From Mytilus edulis (lineage: Eukaryota): a DNA stretch of 64,000 nt. This document shows, piece after piece, positions 24,901 to 38,245 of the stretch. Under the pieces are notes generated by a model that saw nothing but the letters and a program-made list of their open reading frames with translations, ran no database searches and was not told where the DNA came from. A program made the translations under genes and the position numbers. Where the stretch lies: positions 28,458,001 to 28,522,000 of the forward strand of contig NC_092350.1 of the NCBI RefSeq assembly GCF_963676685.1, written 5' to 3'. Within the stretch, counting starts at the first letter, position 1. Each line of letters begins with the position of its first letter.

Positions 24901-26483
24901 CATAGTTTCAGATTGGTCCAATGCTTGAACAACGCCTTGAGCATCCTCTGAAATATGTTGGAATAAAGATATACCTGTACCATGGAATGAATCTTTTGAC
25001 GATATACTGCTTGGATTGTGATCAATGTTGTCTACAGCAGATGAAGTTAATACATTTTGCAATAGATTGGTAGGGCAAACAATACCTTCTTGAACATAAC
25101 GACGACAAGCATCATTGGCCATTGAAGTAGAAATTTCTAACACTCGATCGTAGGAGACAGACAGTCCAAGTTTGAAGAAAGTATCTACTAGATCACGTTT
25201 TCTAGTCTTACAGTGGATCATGACTCCCAAATAAGCACAAACTGGAGGTTCATGATCTTTCATGTGACGGTTGGATTGTTTCTTTGTACAACTATACATC
25301 AGAAGCTGTGCTATTGTTAATGTCGACTGAGAATAGGAACGGTCCTGAATGTTGGGTCCAAACTGAATCATACTGATTAAAGAAAGCAATGACTGGGGTA
25401 CAGAAGCTTCCTGACATCCCTTTGGGAAGGTTCCTTTGAATTCTGAATTTGATGCGAAAATATCTTTACGAACAAACGTAGCTGCTTTTGATATGTTGAC
25501 AAACTCATTATCAAAGTCTTCTACGCAGACTCTCTTCAATGCAGGACCAATGTCATCTTTGAAAGCAAGAATGTTTTCACGGCCTTGTTTGTAAGCATCT
25601 AAGTCTGGGAAATTAGATACAATTCTGTCTTTTAGTCGTGAACTATTAACTCTAGATGAAACATCTGCACCTAGACATGTTATTCTTTCCGTATACAGTT
25701 TACATAGATCTGACAATTTGTAAACACTTATGGTCTCATCGCATGACCTTGTTTCATTTATATAAGAGACTAGTTCTGAAAATGCAATGCCATGGATTTG
25801 CCTTTCTTTCTTAGATTCGACATTATCATTTTTCATTTCAATTCGAGATGCACGATTATATAGGGATACTAAACATTTAGAGTGGTACTTTGCCTCCTGT
25901 GCAATTAGATCACCAGCACTTAACTTTGCAAGCAACAATGTGTCATTTAATTTTACTGCACATTCTCTCACACGTGTATCTTGTCCAAATGTTGAGGACT
26001 CGTGAAGGGCTTCTTGGCCATTTTCATTACAGAAAAAGCACACAGACGGGTTACTGGTGGACTGAACGGAAAAGCTATGTCTAGGTTTTTTTTTTTAGAT
26101 GTGGTGGCTTCATCTATACTCTCACGTGATGTTCGTTTTTCTGCTCTATTTAACTTTGTGCTATTCAGTTTTAAGTTGCAAGATTTATGCCAACATGCCT
26201 TGTGGTCAATGAAAGACTGTGCTATTCCAGATCCCTCATCTAAGTTTTCAATGCACACATTAATGCCTTCAGGCATTAATCGCAATGCATGAAACTTCTT
26301 AATATTGTCAGCTAAAGATTGATAACCAGCCCCAACATTGAGACGTTTAGAACCAAATGGGCATATCAGTTTTTCATCTATAATTTCTTGGCATAGGATG
26401 CAATTTGCCCAATCAATATTATTTGATTTAGTTGGTTTGTCATATTCTACACTTGATACCCTGAATGTCTTTTCAGTAGCCAT
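21917..26483 (-). pseudogene. Academ transposase with XPG/PIN-like nuclease and C-terminal Cys8 zinc finger (~1520 aa), frameshifts at ~26090 and ~24040
   Basis: AVDNIDHN, AFDQPL, GGLHIEM, AIDQAHEQNN, HEEADTRM, TGCDTVS, CGCKKVCRGACKCLKAALKCTALCKC across three ORFs. Confidence 0.88.
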
Positions 26484-26730
26484 GTTGTAAGAACTATGAT
26501 CGTAAATGTGTTTATATATTCCTTGTGGATAACTTCTGTATGCCAGACGCGTGTTTCGTCTACAAATGACGTATCAGTGACGCTTGAATCACAAAAGTCA
26601 AAAAGACAAACAAAATGTATGTAATTCAAGATGATAACCTAAAATCTTGAAATTTTCGCAAAACACAACTACTTGTTGATTGTTAATGGCTGTCTAGATA
26701 TACACGATATAATGTTTGAAAATAAGACTT

Positions 26731-27230
26731 TTGGCGGCCATTTTGAATTTGTCGGCCATTATCGAATTGTTTTCCATATTCAGAAAAGATAAATTAGCAT
26801 CATATGCAATATACAAAGTTTTGTGCTTTTATTTTCAAATGTTCAATTAAACCAATTTTTTTTTTTATTCTGCCTAATGACTGTTGGCCGCCATTTTGAG
26901 ATTATTTTTGATTGTTCAATATTCGTTAAGATTAATAAGCATCATTACTAACAATATGCAAAGTGGTGTGCTTTTATTTTTAATTTATAAATTATACTTT
27001 ATTTTTGGACTCTGTCTCATGACTGTGGGCGACCATTTTGAATTGGCGGCCATTATAGAATTATTTTTTTATTTTTCCATATTCAGAAAATATTAATTAC
27101 CATCATAACCAGCAATATGCGAAGTTTTGTGCTTTTATTTTCTAATGATAAATAATACTATATTTTTGAACTCAGCTTTATCACTGTTGGCAGCCATTTT
27201 GAAATTGGCGGCCATTGTGGATATTTTTTT
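26731..27230. repeat. ~150-bp degenerate tandem repeat (4 units) in the Academ subterminal region
   Basis: Units start with tggc(g)gccattttga at ~26732, 26885, 27027 and 27188. Confidence 0.75.
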
Positions 27231-27666
27231 GTATGGCTCCATATCCAAAAATGTTTATAAGCATCATAACTAACACTGTGCAAAATTTCATGCTTTTACC
27301 ATTAAGTGATCAATTGTCCCAAAATATTGGACTTAGCTGCTGGACTATTGTTAACCCCTGAGACGCATTCATGTTGCGCTTCGTATGTATGTATGTATGT
27401 ACTGGTAGATTCCTCCGTTATTCGGAGCACCCTTCGAGAGCTGCGAGGGTACAGTGGAATCCGTGTACACTCCCTTTCGGGATTAATGGAGATGTTTCAC
27501 TAACGTATTTACAATGTGCAATATTTACAAGGACAATCCCCACCCCAACACAAAGGGAGTGCTAGGACACCGGGATAGCTTTTATTATGGTCGTCGTTTG
27601 AAGTCGAGATTAATACTCTTCAAATTCGTACTTTTATAGGCCTGTTAAACTTTTTTTGAGATTAGA

Positions 27667-27709
27667 GTGTCTCTGATGAGCTTTTGGAGACGAAACACGC
27701 GTCTAGCGT
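27667..27709 (+). ncRNA. Minimal type I hammerhead ribozyme motif
   Basis: gtgtct CTGATGA gct tttgg agac GAAA cacgc GTC tagcgt; core intact, stems I and II weakened. Confidence 0.6.
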
Positions 27710-28100
27710 ATAAAATTTAATCCTAGTATCTATGATCAGTTTGTTTTTGGGTCGCATGGAGAAAGCTTACATTATTTGTAAAACTGATGGGTTAACATGG
27801 TTAATTAACTTGTCGTGGTCGACAAGCCTTATGATTCGAAGTTCCGAAATATCAGCTATGGCGGCCTACCTTGGGGTTCAACATCTGTGATCGAAAAAAA
27901 AAGCAAATCAAGTATTTTGAAAGGCTGAGTTTGATAAGAAAACTCAAACTAAACAATTTTGTAACTACAAGTTCACAACTCTGAATTGAAACTTCCGCAC
28001 TATCCTATGAATACATTTAGAGATATTCAACCTCAGTTGTCGAACGAGCATCACTTTACTGAACATGATGTTCTTTCATGATATAAAGTCATTTGTCTTA

Positions 28101-29259
28101 TATGGGCCTTTTTCAAAAAATGTGGATTTTCTTGTACAATCAAAATTTCTAAAAAAGTGTAAATATTTTTATCCAATTTTTAGATACACAATTTAGTTTT
28201 TGGTGTGTGTAACAAGTTCCAGCAAATTCAATATGAAATTTAGCTACAGAAATTGCTTTCAGTGGGTTTCAAAGGGTCTAAAAAACCCAAAATTGCTTGT
28301 ACGAAATTGAAAAACTAGTCTTTTTTAAATACTGGTTTTAATACCCAGCGGAAATTATTATTTTTCTTTTGTTATTATAAATATATAGATATCACTGCAG
28401 GTATGTATACACAAATACAGGGAATTATTAGATTTTATTAGCATTTTTTTTTACTTTTCATTTCGTACTTAAAAAAATGTCAACTACATAACACAAATGA
28501 AATAATGTTGCCAATAAACAACTGATTATATCCCTTGTAACTAAAGAAGTGCTCTCTACTTACTCTGCATCCTCTGATGACGTGCTTAAAGTTACAGGAT
28601 GACATCATGGATTCATTTCATTATAGATTAGTTTTGGTGAGAACAAATTACTCCGTAATTTTATTCTATGTCAACTTTGTAACGGCAAAAACATTGATAA
28701 ATTTTGGCATAAATATTTTTTTTTTACATAAATCATTCAAAGTTTATAATACTGACTCTAATTCAATAAAAACCATTTATCTGGTAGTATTAGGGTCAAG
28801 AAAAACATCCAAAAACCACAAATAGGTCAACTACATAACGGTCAACTACATAACGCAGTGAATCGTTATGTAGTTGACAAAAAGCGTTATGTAGTTGACA
28901 ATGCTGAATTAAATTCACTTTAAAACATGTCAAATATGTTTCTAAAAAGTGTTATTTTAACTGTTTTGAAAAAAGTGTGATGATTTTTATGGAAATATAT
29001 ATCAAGCAAAATGTAAATATTATTAAAAAAAAATTAGGGACCGAAACTAAATCCGTTATGTAGTTGACATATGTCCCATACTTGTTTCTATGTTATTTTT
29101 TAAAATATTTTTGTAGTAGCATTTAAGATTGCATATTTTTATTTCAGGTTGTATTGTTGTTAAACTATTCAATTTCATATATTAAAGTTGAAAATTGAAT
29201 ATTTTTTTGTATTGTTATTTCACAACTGAAATATCCACATTTTTTGAAAATGACCCATA
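28101..29259. mobile_element. Non-autonomous TIR element (MITE), TA-flanked
   Basis: tatgggcctttttcaaaaaatgtggat ... atccacattttttgaaaatgacccata; internal 14-bp motif repeats. Confidence 0.8.
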
Positions 29260-29527
29260 TATGGCCGTCTTCGTATTTAACTACTATTCACCCAACGATC
29301 TTTCTCGTTTTCAACGACTGATACTTAGCGTCAATTGCAGTCAATATTGAGTATTAGTCAGTTAACTCTCCATATATGCATATATTTTTATAAGCTACAT
29401 CTAATAATCATTCTACGCAATCAATACAGTTGATCTGTCACTTAAAGCATCACTGTGTCTCACATTTTCTGGGACATTTATTGCAGGAGAAAATAAAACT
29501 ATCTAACCATTCTTTCAATTGAAACCA

Positions 29528-30129
29528 CGTGTCGCTCAACTTGGTCTATGTGCATATTAAACAAAGGACACAGATGGATTCATGACAAAGTTGTGTTTTG
29601 GTGATGGTGATGTGTTTGTAGATCTTAATTAACTGAACATTATTGCTGCTTACAATGATCTCTATCTATAATGAACTTGGCCCAGTAGTTACGGTGGAAA
29701 ATATTTTGTAAAAATTTACAAAATTTAGGAAAATTGTTAAAAATTAACTATAAAGGGCAATAACTCCTTAAGGGGTCAATTGACTTATTTTTAGGTCTTA
29801 CTTTTCTTTATATTATTGCTGTTTACAGTTTATCTCTATCTACAATAATATTAAAGATAATAACCAAAAGCTGCAAAATCTACCCATTCAGGGGCAGCAA
29901 CCCAACAACGGGTTGCCTGAATGGTCTGAAAATTTCAGGGCAGATAGATCTTGACCTATTGAACAAATTTATCCTGTCAGACTTGCTCTAAATGCTTTGG
30001 AATATATATGAGCCATAAACTGCATTTTACCCTATGTACTATATTTAGCCATGTCTGGCATCTTGGTTTGAGGGTGGTGTCATCGGACACAATTTTAAAA
30101 CTAGATACGCTAATGATGATTGAGGACAA
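29528..30129 (-). mobile_element. HINE family A copy (eroded 3' end), interrupted by the Gypsy element
   Basis: gtgtcgctcaacttggtctatgtg start followed by family-A repeat sequence, which stops at the LTR start. Confidence 0.85.
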
Positions 30130-30337
30130 TGTAATATTGTAACTTTCATTCATTCATAAATATCTATACAGTTCAGAGTTCACGCACGTGTTGTGTTGAT
30201 GGACATAGCAGATAAGGTCGCGTCGTATTGCTTTATGTATTTGTGTTGATTACTTAGCTCTAGCATTATATTAAAGTATGTTAATCAGTACACATGGCTT
30301 GTCTCTTAGTTAATATATATAGGCTACCAACGTTACA
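30130..30337 (+). repeat. 5' LTR (208 bp)
   Basis: TGTAA...TTACA termini, immediately followed by the PBS. Confidence 0.85.
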
Positions 30338-30338
30338 T

Positions 30339-30351
30339 TGGCGACGAGGAT
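30339..30351 (+). promoter_or_regulatory. Primer binding site, tRNA-Ser(GCU)-like
   Basis: TGGCGACGAGGAT is complementary to the tRNA 3' end ...AUCCUCGUCGCCA. Confidence 0.75.
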
Positions 30352-30387
30352 AAAAACATAGATGGGAAATGTTAAAAATGTATTTCA

Positions 30388-33300
30388 ATGGATTTAATAA
30401 TTATTGACACTGATAATCAAACAATGGCTGCATCTTTACCAAATTTTCCAAGTTTTCCGGTACATGAGAATAATGCTGAAATAAGGTGGCGTAAATGGAT
30501 AAGTAGACTAGAAAATTTATTCATCGGTTTAAACATAAAGGACAGCAAAAGACAAAGAGCACTCTTGTTACATTACGCTGGAGAAGATGTCAACGAAGTC
30601 TTTGATACCCTTGACAATATAGGAGAAGACTTTTCTGCCGCTAAACACAAATTAACCGCTTACTTTGCTCCGAAAAAGAATACGGAATATGAAATCTACA
30701 AATTTAGGCAAGCCAAACAAACATCTGATGAAACTATCGACAGTTTTCACACGAGATTACGCCAGCTAACTGTAAACTGTGAATTTACTGAAACATCTAA
30801 AGAAGTAAAATCGCAAATTATCCAAGGTTGTCATTCAACTAGACTAAGACGAAAGGCTCTTCGGGAAGACACGACCCTTGAAGGATTAATTTCATCAGCT
30901 AGAGCGTTAGAACTTTCCGAAAAACAGGCAACGGAAATTGAACAATCAGACAAACAATCCGCAAATGCTGTGAAAAAAGGAGTTGGAAAACGTCGAAACG
31001 GACCACGATTTCTACAGACACAAACTAACCACAACGTAAAGAAAAAAAATACTTGCAGAAACTGTGGAGGTGATTTCTCACATGCAAACAAGTCTCCTGC
31101 ATTTGGAAAAAGCTGTAACTCATGTAAAAAGTTGAATCATTTCGCTTCTGTATGTAGATCTAAACGTATGGATGGAACTAGCACTTTCAAACGAAAAGTA
31201 AACAAAGTTGACAATTACGAACATGATGATGATCGTGATAGCAGTTCTGACGATGGTTACGTTTTTGAATTACGAGAAAATACTGTGAATAAAGTACAGA
31301 AAGGACAACCGAAAATCAACGTGAAAATCAATAATTCTAATGTGGATATTTTAATTGACACAGGATCAAGCATTAATGTTATTGATGAAAGCACCTTCGA
31401 GAACATCAAGTGTAAACCCAAACTTTCTCACGCCGACACTAAAGTCTTCGCATATGGTTCAGATAAAAACTTGAAATTAATGGGTAAATTTCACGCTACG
31501 ATAGAGACTGACCATAAAATAACAACCGCACCAGTGTATGTTACGGGATACGGGAATTTATTGTGCTATGATACATCTATTGAATTAAGCATAGTGCCAG
31601 TCATTTCGGCAGTAGCAGATAAACATGAAATATTATGCAATAAATATAGCGATGTGTTCAATGGAATTGGAAAATTAAAAGATGAAAAGTGAAAATTCAT
31701 ATTGATGGAAGTGTAAAACGAGTAATACAACCACATAGGCGTATTCCGTTTCACATTCGCAAACAAGTAGAAGCAGAACTCGAGAATCTCGAAAAACAGG
31801 ATATAATAGAAAAGGTGGATGGACCAACACCTTGGGTGTCCCCGATAGTTGTGGCCCCTAAACCGAAAAACAAGAACGAAATTCGACTATGCGTGGATAT
31901 GAGGGAACCGAACAAGGCTATTTTGCGTTCACGTCATATTACACCAACACTTGATGACATGATCTTGGATTTAAACGGATCTAAAGTATTTTCGAAAATG
32001 GACCTTCGAAGTGGATATCATCAATTGGAGTTAAACGAAGAATCCCGGAACATCACAACCTTCACGACCCACGTAGGATTGCGTAGATACAAACGACTCA
32101 GTTTTGGTGTTTCTTCAGCCGCAGAGTTATTCCAAAACACACTGAGTAATGCACTGGAAGGATTAGATGGAGTTCGAAATATATCCGATGATATGATCGT
32201 ATTTGGAAGGAACCAGGCCGAACATGATAAACGATTGGAAAAATTATTTGCACGTCTTAAAGAGAAGAACTTGACATTAAATAAGGCAAAATGTGAATTT
32301 AATAAGAACAAACTTGAATTCTATGGTCACATTTTTAGTGCAGATGGCATATCAGCCGATCCAAGAAAAATAAGCGCTATCAGGAACACGACAATACCGA
32401 AAGACGTAGGTGAAATTCGTAGTTTCTTAGCAATGACTAATTATGTTGGACGTTTTATTCCAAATTACTCAACTATAACTGAACCGTTCCGCAGATTAAC
32501 AAAGCAGGATTCCAAGTGGGAATGGACATCTGAACAACAGGAATCATTTGACAAGCTAAAGAATGAACTTGTTGCTGACCGTGTGATATGTCTTTCTTTG
32601 ACCCTAACAAAGAAACAATGTTGATAGTAGATGCAAGTCCCGTTGGATTAGCTGGATTATTAACACAAAATGGGAAAATAATCGCATATGCAAGCCGATC
32701 ATTGACAGACGTTGAAACACGCTATTCCCAAACAGAAAAGGAAGCATTAGCAATTGTATGGGCAATTGAACATTTTCACCTTTATTTGTACGGACAATCA
32801 TTTACATTGGTATCCGATCACCAACCGCTTGAAACTATATTCAACAGTCCAAAGGCAAAAACACCAGCACGCATTGAAAGATGGAGATTAAGATTACAGG
32901 GATATAATTTCAAAGTACAGTACAAACCAGGAAAGGCGAACGCAGCTGATTATTTATCAAGACATCCGACCCCGAATACATCAATCGCATGTAAACATTC
33001 TCAATTAGCTGAAGAATATGTCCGATACTTAACTGACAACGCTGTGCCGAAGGCAATGACCCTTAATGAAATAGCTGACAGTACACAAAAAGATAAAGAT
33101 CTACAAACTGTTATTACTGCATTAAAATCAAACAGGTGGGACAAGCATGAGAGTAATACGCTTGATACATTCTCAAGATTAAGATACGAATTAACAGTCG
33201 TTCCCGTTAATGATATGGAGATCATACTTCATGATAATAGAATTGTCATTCCGAAAGATTTACAGATGCGTGTAATTGACCTTGCACATGAAGGGCACCA

Positions 33301-34125
33301 GGGCATAGTACGTACAAAACAGTTGTTACGTGAAAAGGTATACTTCCCTTGAATAGACAAACTTGTTGAACAAACATGTAAATCATGTATACCATGTTTA
33401 GTGTCAACCCCGAAATTTTTTTTCGAACCGTTACAAATGTCTGAAATACCGAATAATGTATGGGAGAATCTCAGCATGGACTTTTATGGACCATTTCCGA
33501 ATGGATATTACGTTATGGTAATAATAGATGAATACTCAAGGTATCCTGTAATAGAAACCTTAACCAGTTTAACCGCAAAATCCGTCATACCGCTATTAGA
33601 CAAAACTTTCTCAATTTTTGGAATACCGAAAGAACTGAAAACAGACAACGGATCGCCGTTTAATTCAGGAGAGTTCCGAAATTTTGCAGATAACATGGGT
33701 TTTAAGCACCGCAAAATAACTCCGTTATGGCCTCGCGCTAACGCAGAAAGTGAAAGATTCATGAGAACTATAGGAAAAGCAATTCGTGCAGCTCAAACGG
33801 AACATCGTAGTTGGAGACAAGAAATACACACATTTCTTCGCAATTATAGAGCAACACCACACTCAACAACTAACGTGTCCCCGGCAGAACTTTTATTTGG
33901 AAGGAAAATCAATACAAAAATGCCGAACATTTCAACAAATGACCATGCCGACAGTGAAGTTCGCAAAGAAGACCACAAGAACAAAAGTAAAATGAAATTA
34001 TACTTCGAGAAAAAACATTCAGTAAAAGTACCTAATTTTACAGTTGGAGATACCGTACTAGTTAAACAGGAAAAGAAAGATAAACTATCTACCCCGTACA
34101 ATCCTCAACCATTAACAATCAAGAA
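30388..34125 (+). pseudogene. gag-pol polyprotein (frameshifts ~31690 and ~32588; stop at 33350)
   Basis: CNSCKKLNHFASVC, LIDTGS protease, ISDD RT, VDASPVG RNase H, AHEGHQG and KTDNG...AESER integrase. Confidence 0.92.
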
Positions 34126-36717
34126 CTAGAGGCTCTAAAGAGCCTGTGTCGCTCACCTTGGTCTATGTGAATATTAAACAAAGGACGCAGATGGATTCAT
34201 GACAAAATTTTGTTTTGGTGATGGTGATGTGTTTGTACATCTTACTTTACTGAACATTCTTGCTGCTTACAATTATCTCTATCTATAATGAACTTGGCCC
34301 AGTAGTTTCAGAGGAGAAGATTATTGTAAAAGATTACTAAGATTTACGAAAAATGGTTAAAAATTGACTATAAAGGGCAATAACTCCTAAAGGGGTCAAC
34401 TGACCATTTCGGTCATGTTGACTTATTTGTAGATCTTACTTTGCTGACATTTATTGCTTTTTACAGTTTATCTCTATCTATAATAATATTCAAGATAATA
34501 ACCAAAAACAGCAAAATTTCATAAAAATTACCAATTCAGGGGCAGCAACCCAACAACGGGATGTCCGATTCACCTGCAAATTTCAGGGCAGATAGATCTT
34601 GACCTGATAAACAATTTTACTACCTGTCAGATTTACTTTAAATGCTTTGGTTTTAGAGTTATAAGCCAAAAACTGAATTTTACCCCTATGTTCTATTTTT
34701 AGCCATGGCGACCATCTTGGTTTGTTGGCCGGGTCACGCCACACATTTTTTAAACTAGATACCCCAATGATGATTGTGGCCAAGTTTGGTTTCATTTGGC
34801 CCAGTAGTTACAGAGGAGAAGATTTTTGTAAAACATTACTAAGATTTACGAAAATGGTTAAAAATTGACTATAAAGGGCAATAACTCCTAAAGGGGTCAA
34901 CTGACCATTGGTCATGTTGACTTACTTGTAAATCTTACTTTGCTGAACATTATTGCTGTTTACAGTTTATCTCTATCTATAATAATATTCAAGATAATAA
35001 ACCAAAACAGTAAAATTTCCTTAAAATTACCAATTCAAGGGCAGTAACCCAACAACGGGTTGTCCGATTCATTTGAAAATTTCAGGGCAGATAGATCTTG
35101 ACCTGATAAACATTTTTACCCCCATGTCAGATTTGCTCTAAATGCTTTGGTTTTTGAGTAATAAGCCAAAAACCGCATTTTACCCTTATGTTCTATTTTT
35201 AGCCATGGCGGCCATCTTGGTTGGTAGACCGGGTCACCGGACAAATTTTTAAACTAGATACCCCAATGATGATTGTGGCCAAGTTTGGTAAAATTTGGCC
35301 TGGTAGTTTCAGAGTAGAAGATTTTTGTAAAAGATTACTAAGATTTACGAACTAGAGGGTCCAAGGACCCTGTGTCGCTCACCTTAGATTTTTGTTGACA
35401 ATTGATGCATGACATACAATAATACTTTTTGTTAAAGAAAACTTTGTGAACCAAAATCTAATTTTTCTTGTGATTGAACTACTTTCAACCAGTTTATTAT
35501 TTTCAGTTTTGAGGTCTAAAACACACTTTTCAAGTATTGTGTTTTTCTCTCATGGACATACATGTCTATATATTTGTTCTATATAAACTCATCATCGATA
35601 CCAGGACTACATATGCCAGACGCTATCATTACTGGTCAAGGATCATTAAGGAAACTTTAATTGATTTTGACATGTTCATCATATATAAGTTGTTCAATTA
35701 GTTATGACAGCAAAGTTACTGATCATTATGGAGAATGACAACAGATCAACTGTATCAATCTTTTCACTGGACCCAAGATTATCATCTTTTATGAGTGGTG
35801 ACCTGACCTTTAAATTAAGATTCAAAATGAATATGTATTACTTGAATTGAACAAGAAGGGTAGACAGAGAGAACTAAGTTTTGCTAGCTTAAATAGAGAC
35901 GACCTTTATAGTAGTTCTAACATGTGTGAAGCTGCTATTTGTTTGTCATTTTTGGGTTGTGACCATGTTTGTCTCCAACTCATTTTTTTTCTCTTCTTGA
36001 CTGGAGGTTTTGTTCCAATCAATTTCAAAAATGAATGGGGTGTGAAAAATAATAAAAGACATCAAATTTAATTGTTTATTATGAAAAATTTGAACACATC
36101 AAATACTTCAAATAATGCATTATAATATTCATTGTCTTATACATTTTTTTTATATATGTGCATTAAACACTTCATTTATAGAACAATATTTACATTCTAT
36201 AACAACACATTTTCAAAGTCAAAATATGACAGTAAAAACAGTATATATAAAAAGCGACACAGCGATTATATTATGATATGATTATTGTTTCCATAACTTG
36301 ACCTTCAAAATGACTTGAAGTTAATTTGTAAAGCCTTGTTGAGAAGAATATTCAACAGACTTTTCCAACTTAAAGAGTTTAGATTCTATATATAATTTGT
36401 TTAGATTCTATATATATATAATTTATTTCCTCTTGAGCATTTAACAACTGTCAAAGTATTTGTCATTTTTGTTTCTTTTCTATTCATGGTATACTGAGTT
36501 ATAGTCCATAGTATCTCTGTTTTAAACTGTATTCATACAATGTATCAGTTCTGGTGGATTTGCTTTAATGCAAGATTCAAGAGTTTACTCCATACATTTA
36601 TTAATTGTTGAATGATGTTAATATAACAACAACTGAAACAATCTTTATAATTCTTATTTTCTTCAGCAGTTAGTTTACTGAATTTACTTTACATTGGCTT
36701 ATTATAAAACAGTCATT

Positions 36718-37081
36718 AAATGTTCTCAAATTTCTTCTCTAATAAGCAAATGTTCTCAAATTTCTGCTCTAATAAGCACATGTTCACGAATTTCTGCTCT
36801 ATTAAGCAAATGTTCATAAATTCTTCTCTAATAGGCAAATGTCACAAATTTCTTCTCTATTAAGCAAATGTTCACAAATTTCTGCTCTATTCAGCAAATG
36901 TTCACAAATTTCTGCTCTATTAAGCAAATTAATGTTCACAAATTCTTCTCTAATAGGCAAATGTCACAAATTTCTGCTATTAAGCAAATGTTCACAAATT
37001 CTTCTCTAATAAGCAAATGTCACAAATTTCTTCTATATTAAGCAAATGTTCACAAATTTCTTCTCTATAAAGTAAATGTTT
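36718..37081. repeat. ~30-bp minisatellite, about 12 copies
   Basis: Unit aaatgttcacaaatttct(g/t)ctcta(t/a)taagc. Confidence 0.9.
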
Positions 37082-38245
37082 ACATGAATTGTTCATTAGT
37101 TTCTGTTTTATAAATGACTTCTACATATTTATCAAATGTAAAAGCAAAAATGCAACCACATAGTTGAGTAGAATGACAAATTATTGCAATATTTGACTTT
37201 TTTTTCTCAACATTTAACCCTTTGCGTGAATTAATGATTTACACATTTTGATAAACCTGTACTTAGAATAAGACATAATTGAAATCATAAGAAATAAAAA
37301 ATGTTGGATTTATGGATTGTTTTTCAATTTTGAGAACTCCAAGTAATTATATTATAATAAAATATGTGGTATTTGTACAGAAACTGATTTGTTATGTCTG
37401 ATATGAACATGAGAGCATTTCTTAAACAGAAAAGTCAATGAATATTGGATGAGATAAATATACAGATTAATTTGGCATTACAAAAAGTAAACTGTACATA
37501 CTTAATCATGACAAATGTTTAGTATATCATATATATATATATAGTGAACAAAATTATTGTAAATTGTAACAAGTTATAGATATATGAAAAATTACAATGA
37601 ATATATGTACATAACAGCAAGGATTTCAACATTCATAAACATTTTGATTATTTAATCATAGTTCATCAAACAGGCAGTTAAATTTAATCATTTTGTAGGA
37701 ATAGAAATGAGGCATGGAACTTGTGGTCTTCAAAACTCCCTTTTTACATCTATATTAAAGCAATGGCTTTTGATTGTATTCAAAAACAAATTTTTAAAGA
37801 ATTATATATATATATACATTTATAACAAGTAAATATCAGGAGTGTTCACATGCGAAGTGCACACAACTCTCCACTGATACAATGAGCATTCAGGTAGTAG
37901 AGGTTCTAAAATTTGATGTCTCCAATCAAAGAAACACAGTTTCAAATTTCTGTACCTCAGCTACCGTTAATCCAGTGTACCTATAAAGAAGAAAGCTTTA
38001 TAAAGAAGCTTGCTTCTATACAGGTAAAACTGGATACCAGGAGTCTTGAAGCCAACTCATTTCTATTCCTACTTATGAAAAGGCAAATCTGTTGGAGTGG
38101 AAACCCCTTTTCCTTTAAAACCACTCCTGCACATTTGTGGTTGCCTTTTTTAGCAACCGCAAATGTGTCATGTTTTTCAGCGGGTTTAATTTTCGTTGTT
38201 TCAAACAGAGCTGGTTTCGGAATATAAAATAATCATTACACTGAA

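Larger units (their letters stand above)
21335..27347 (-). mobile_element. Full-length Academ (AcademX) DNA transposon
   Basis: Termini TAGTCCAGC...GCTGGACTA with extended imperfect TIR (aattgatcactt.atggtaaaagcatgaaa), 3-bp TSD TTG on both sides, and a large transposase gene. Confidence 0.9.
30130..34125 (+). mobile_element. Ty3/Gypsy LTR retrotransposon (Mag-like), 3' end missing
   Basis: 5' LTR, PBS and gag-PR-RT-RH-IN order. Sequence is cut by a HINE at 34126; no second LTR seen. Confidence 0.92.

Noticed and set aside
27385-27580. Minus-strand retroelement 3' end with (CATA)n tail
   Set aside because: Plausible, but no coding remnant or TSD could be established.
36718-37081. CRISPR-like array of ~30-bp repeats
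   Set aside because: Units are head-to-tail with no unique spacers, the context is eukaryotic and there are no cas genes.
37913-38227. 104-aa ORF as a second Helentron gene
   Set aside because: Non-ATG start, antisense to the element and no recognisable motif.
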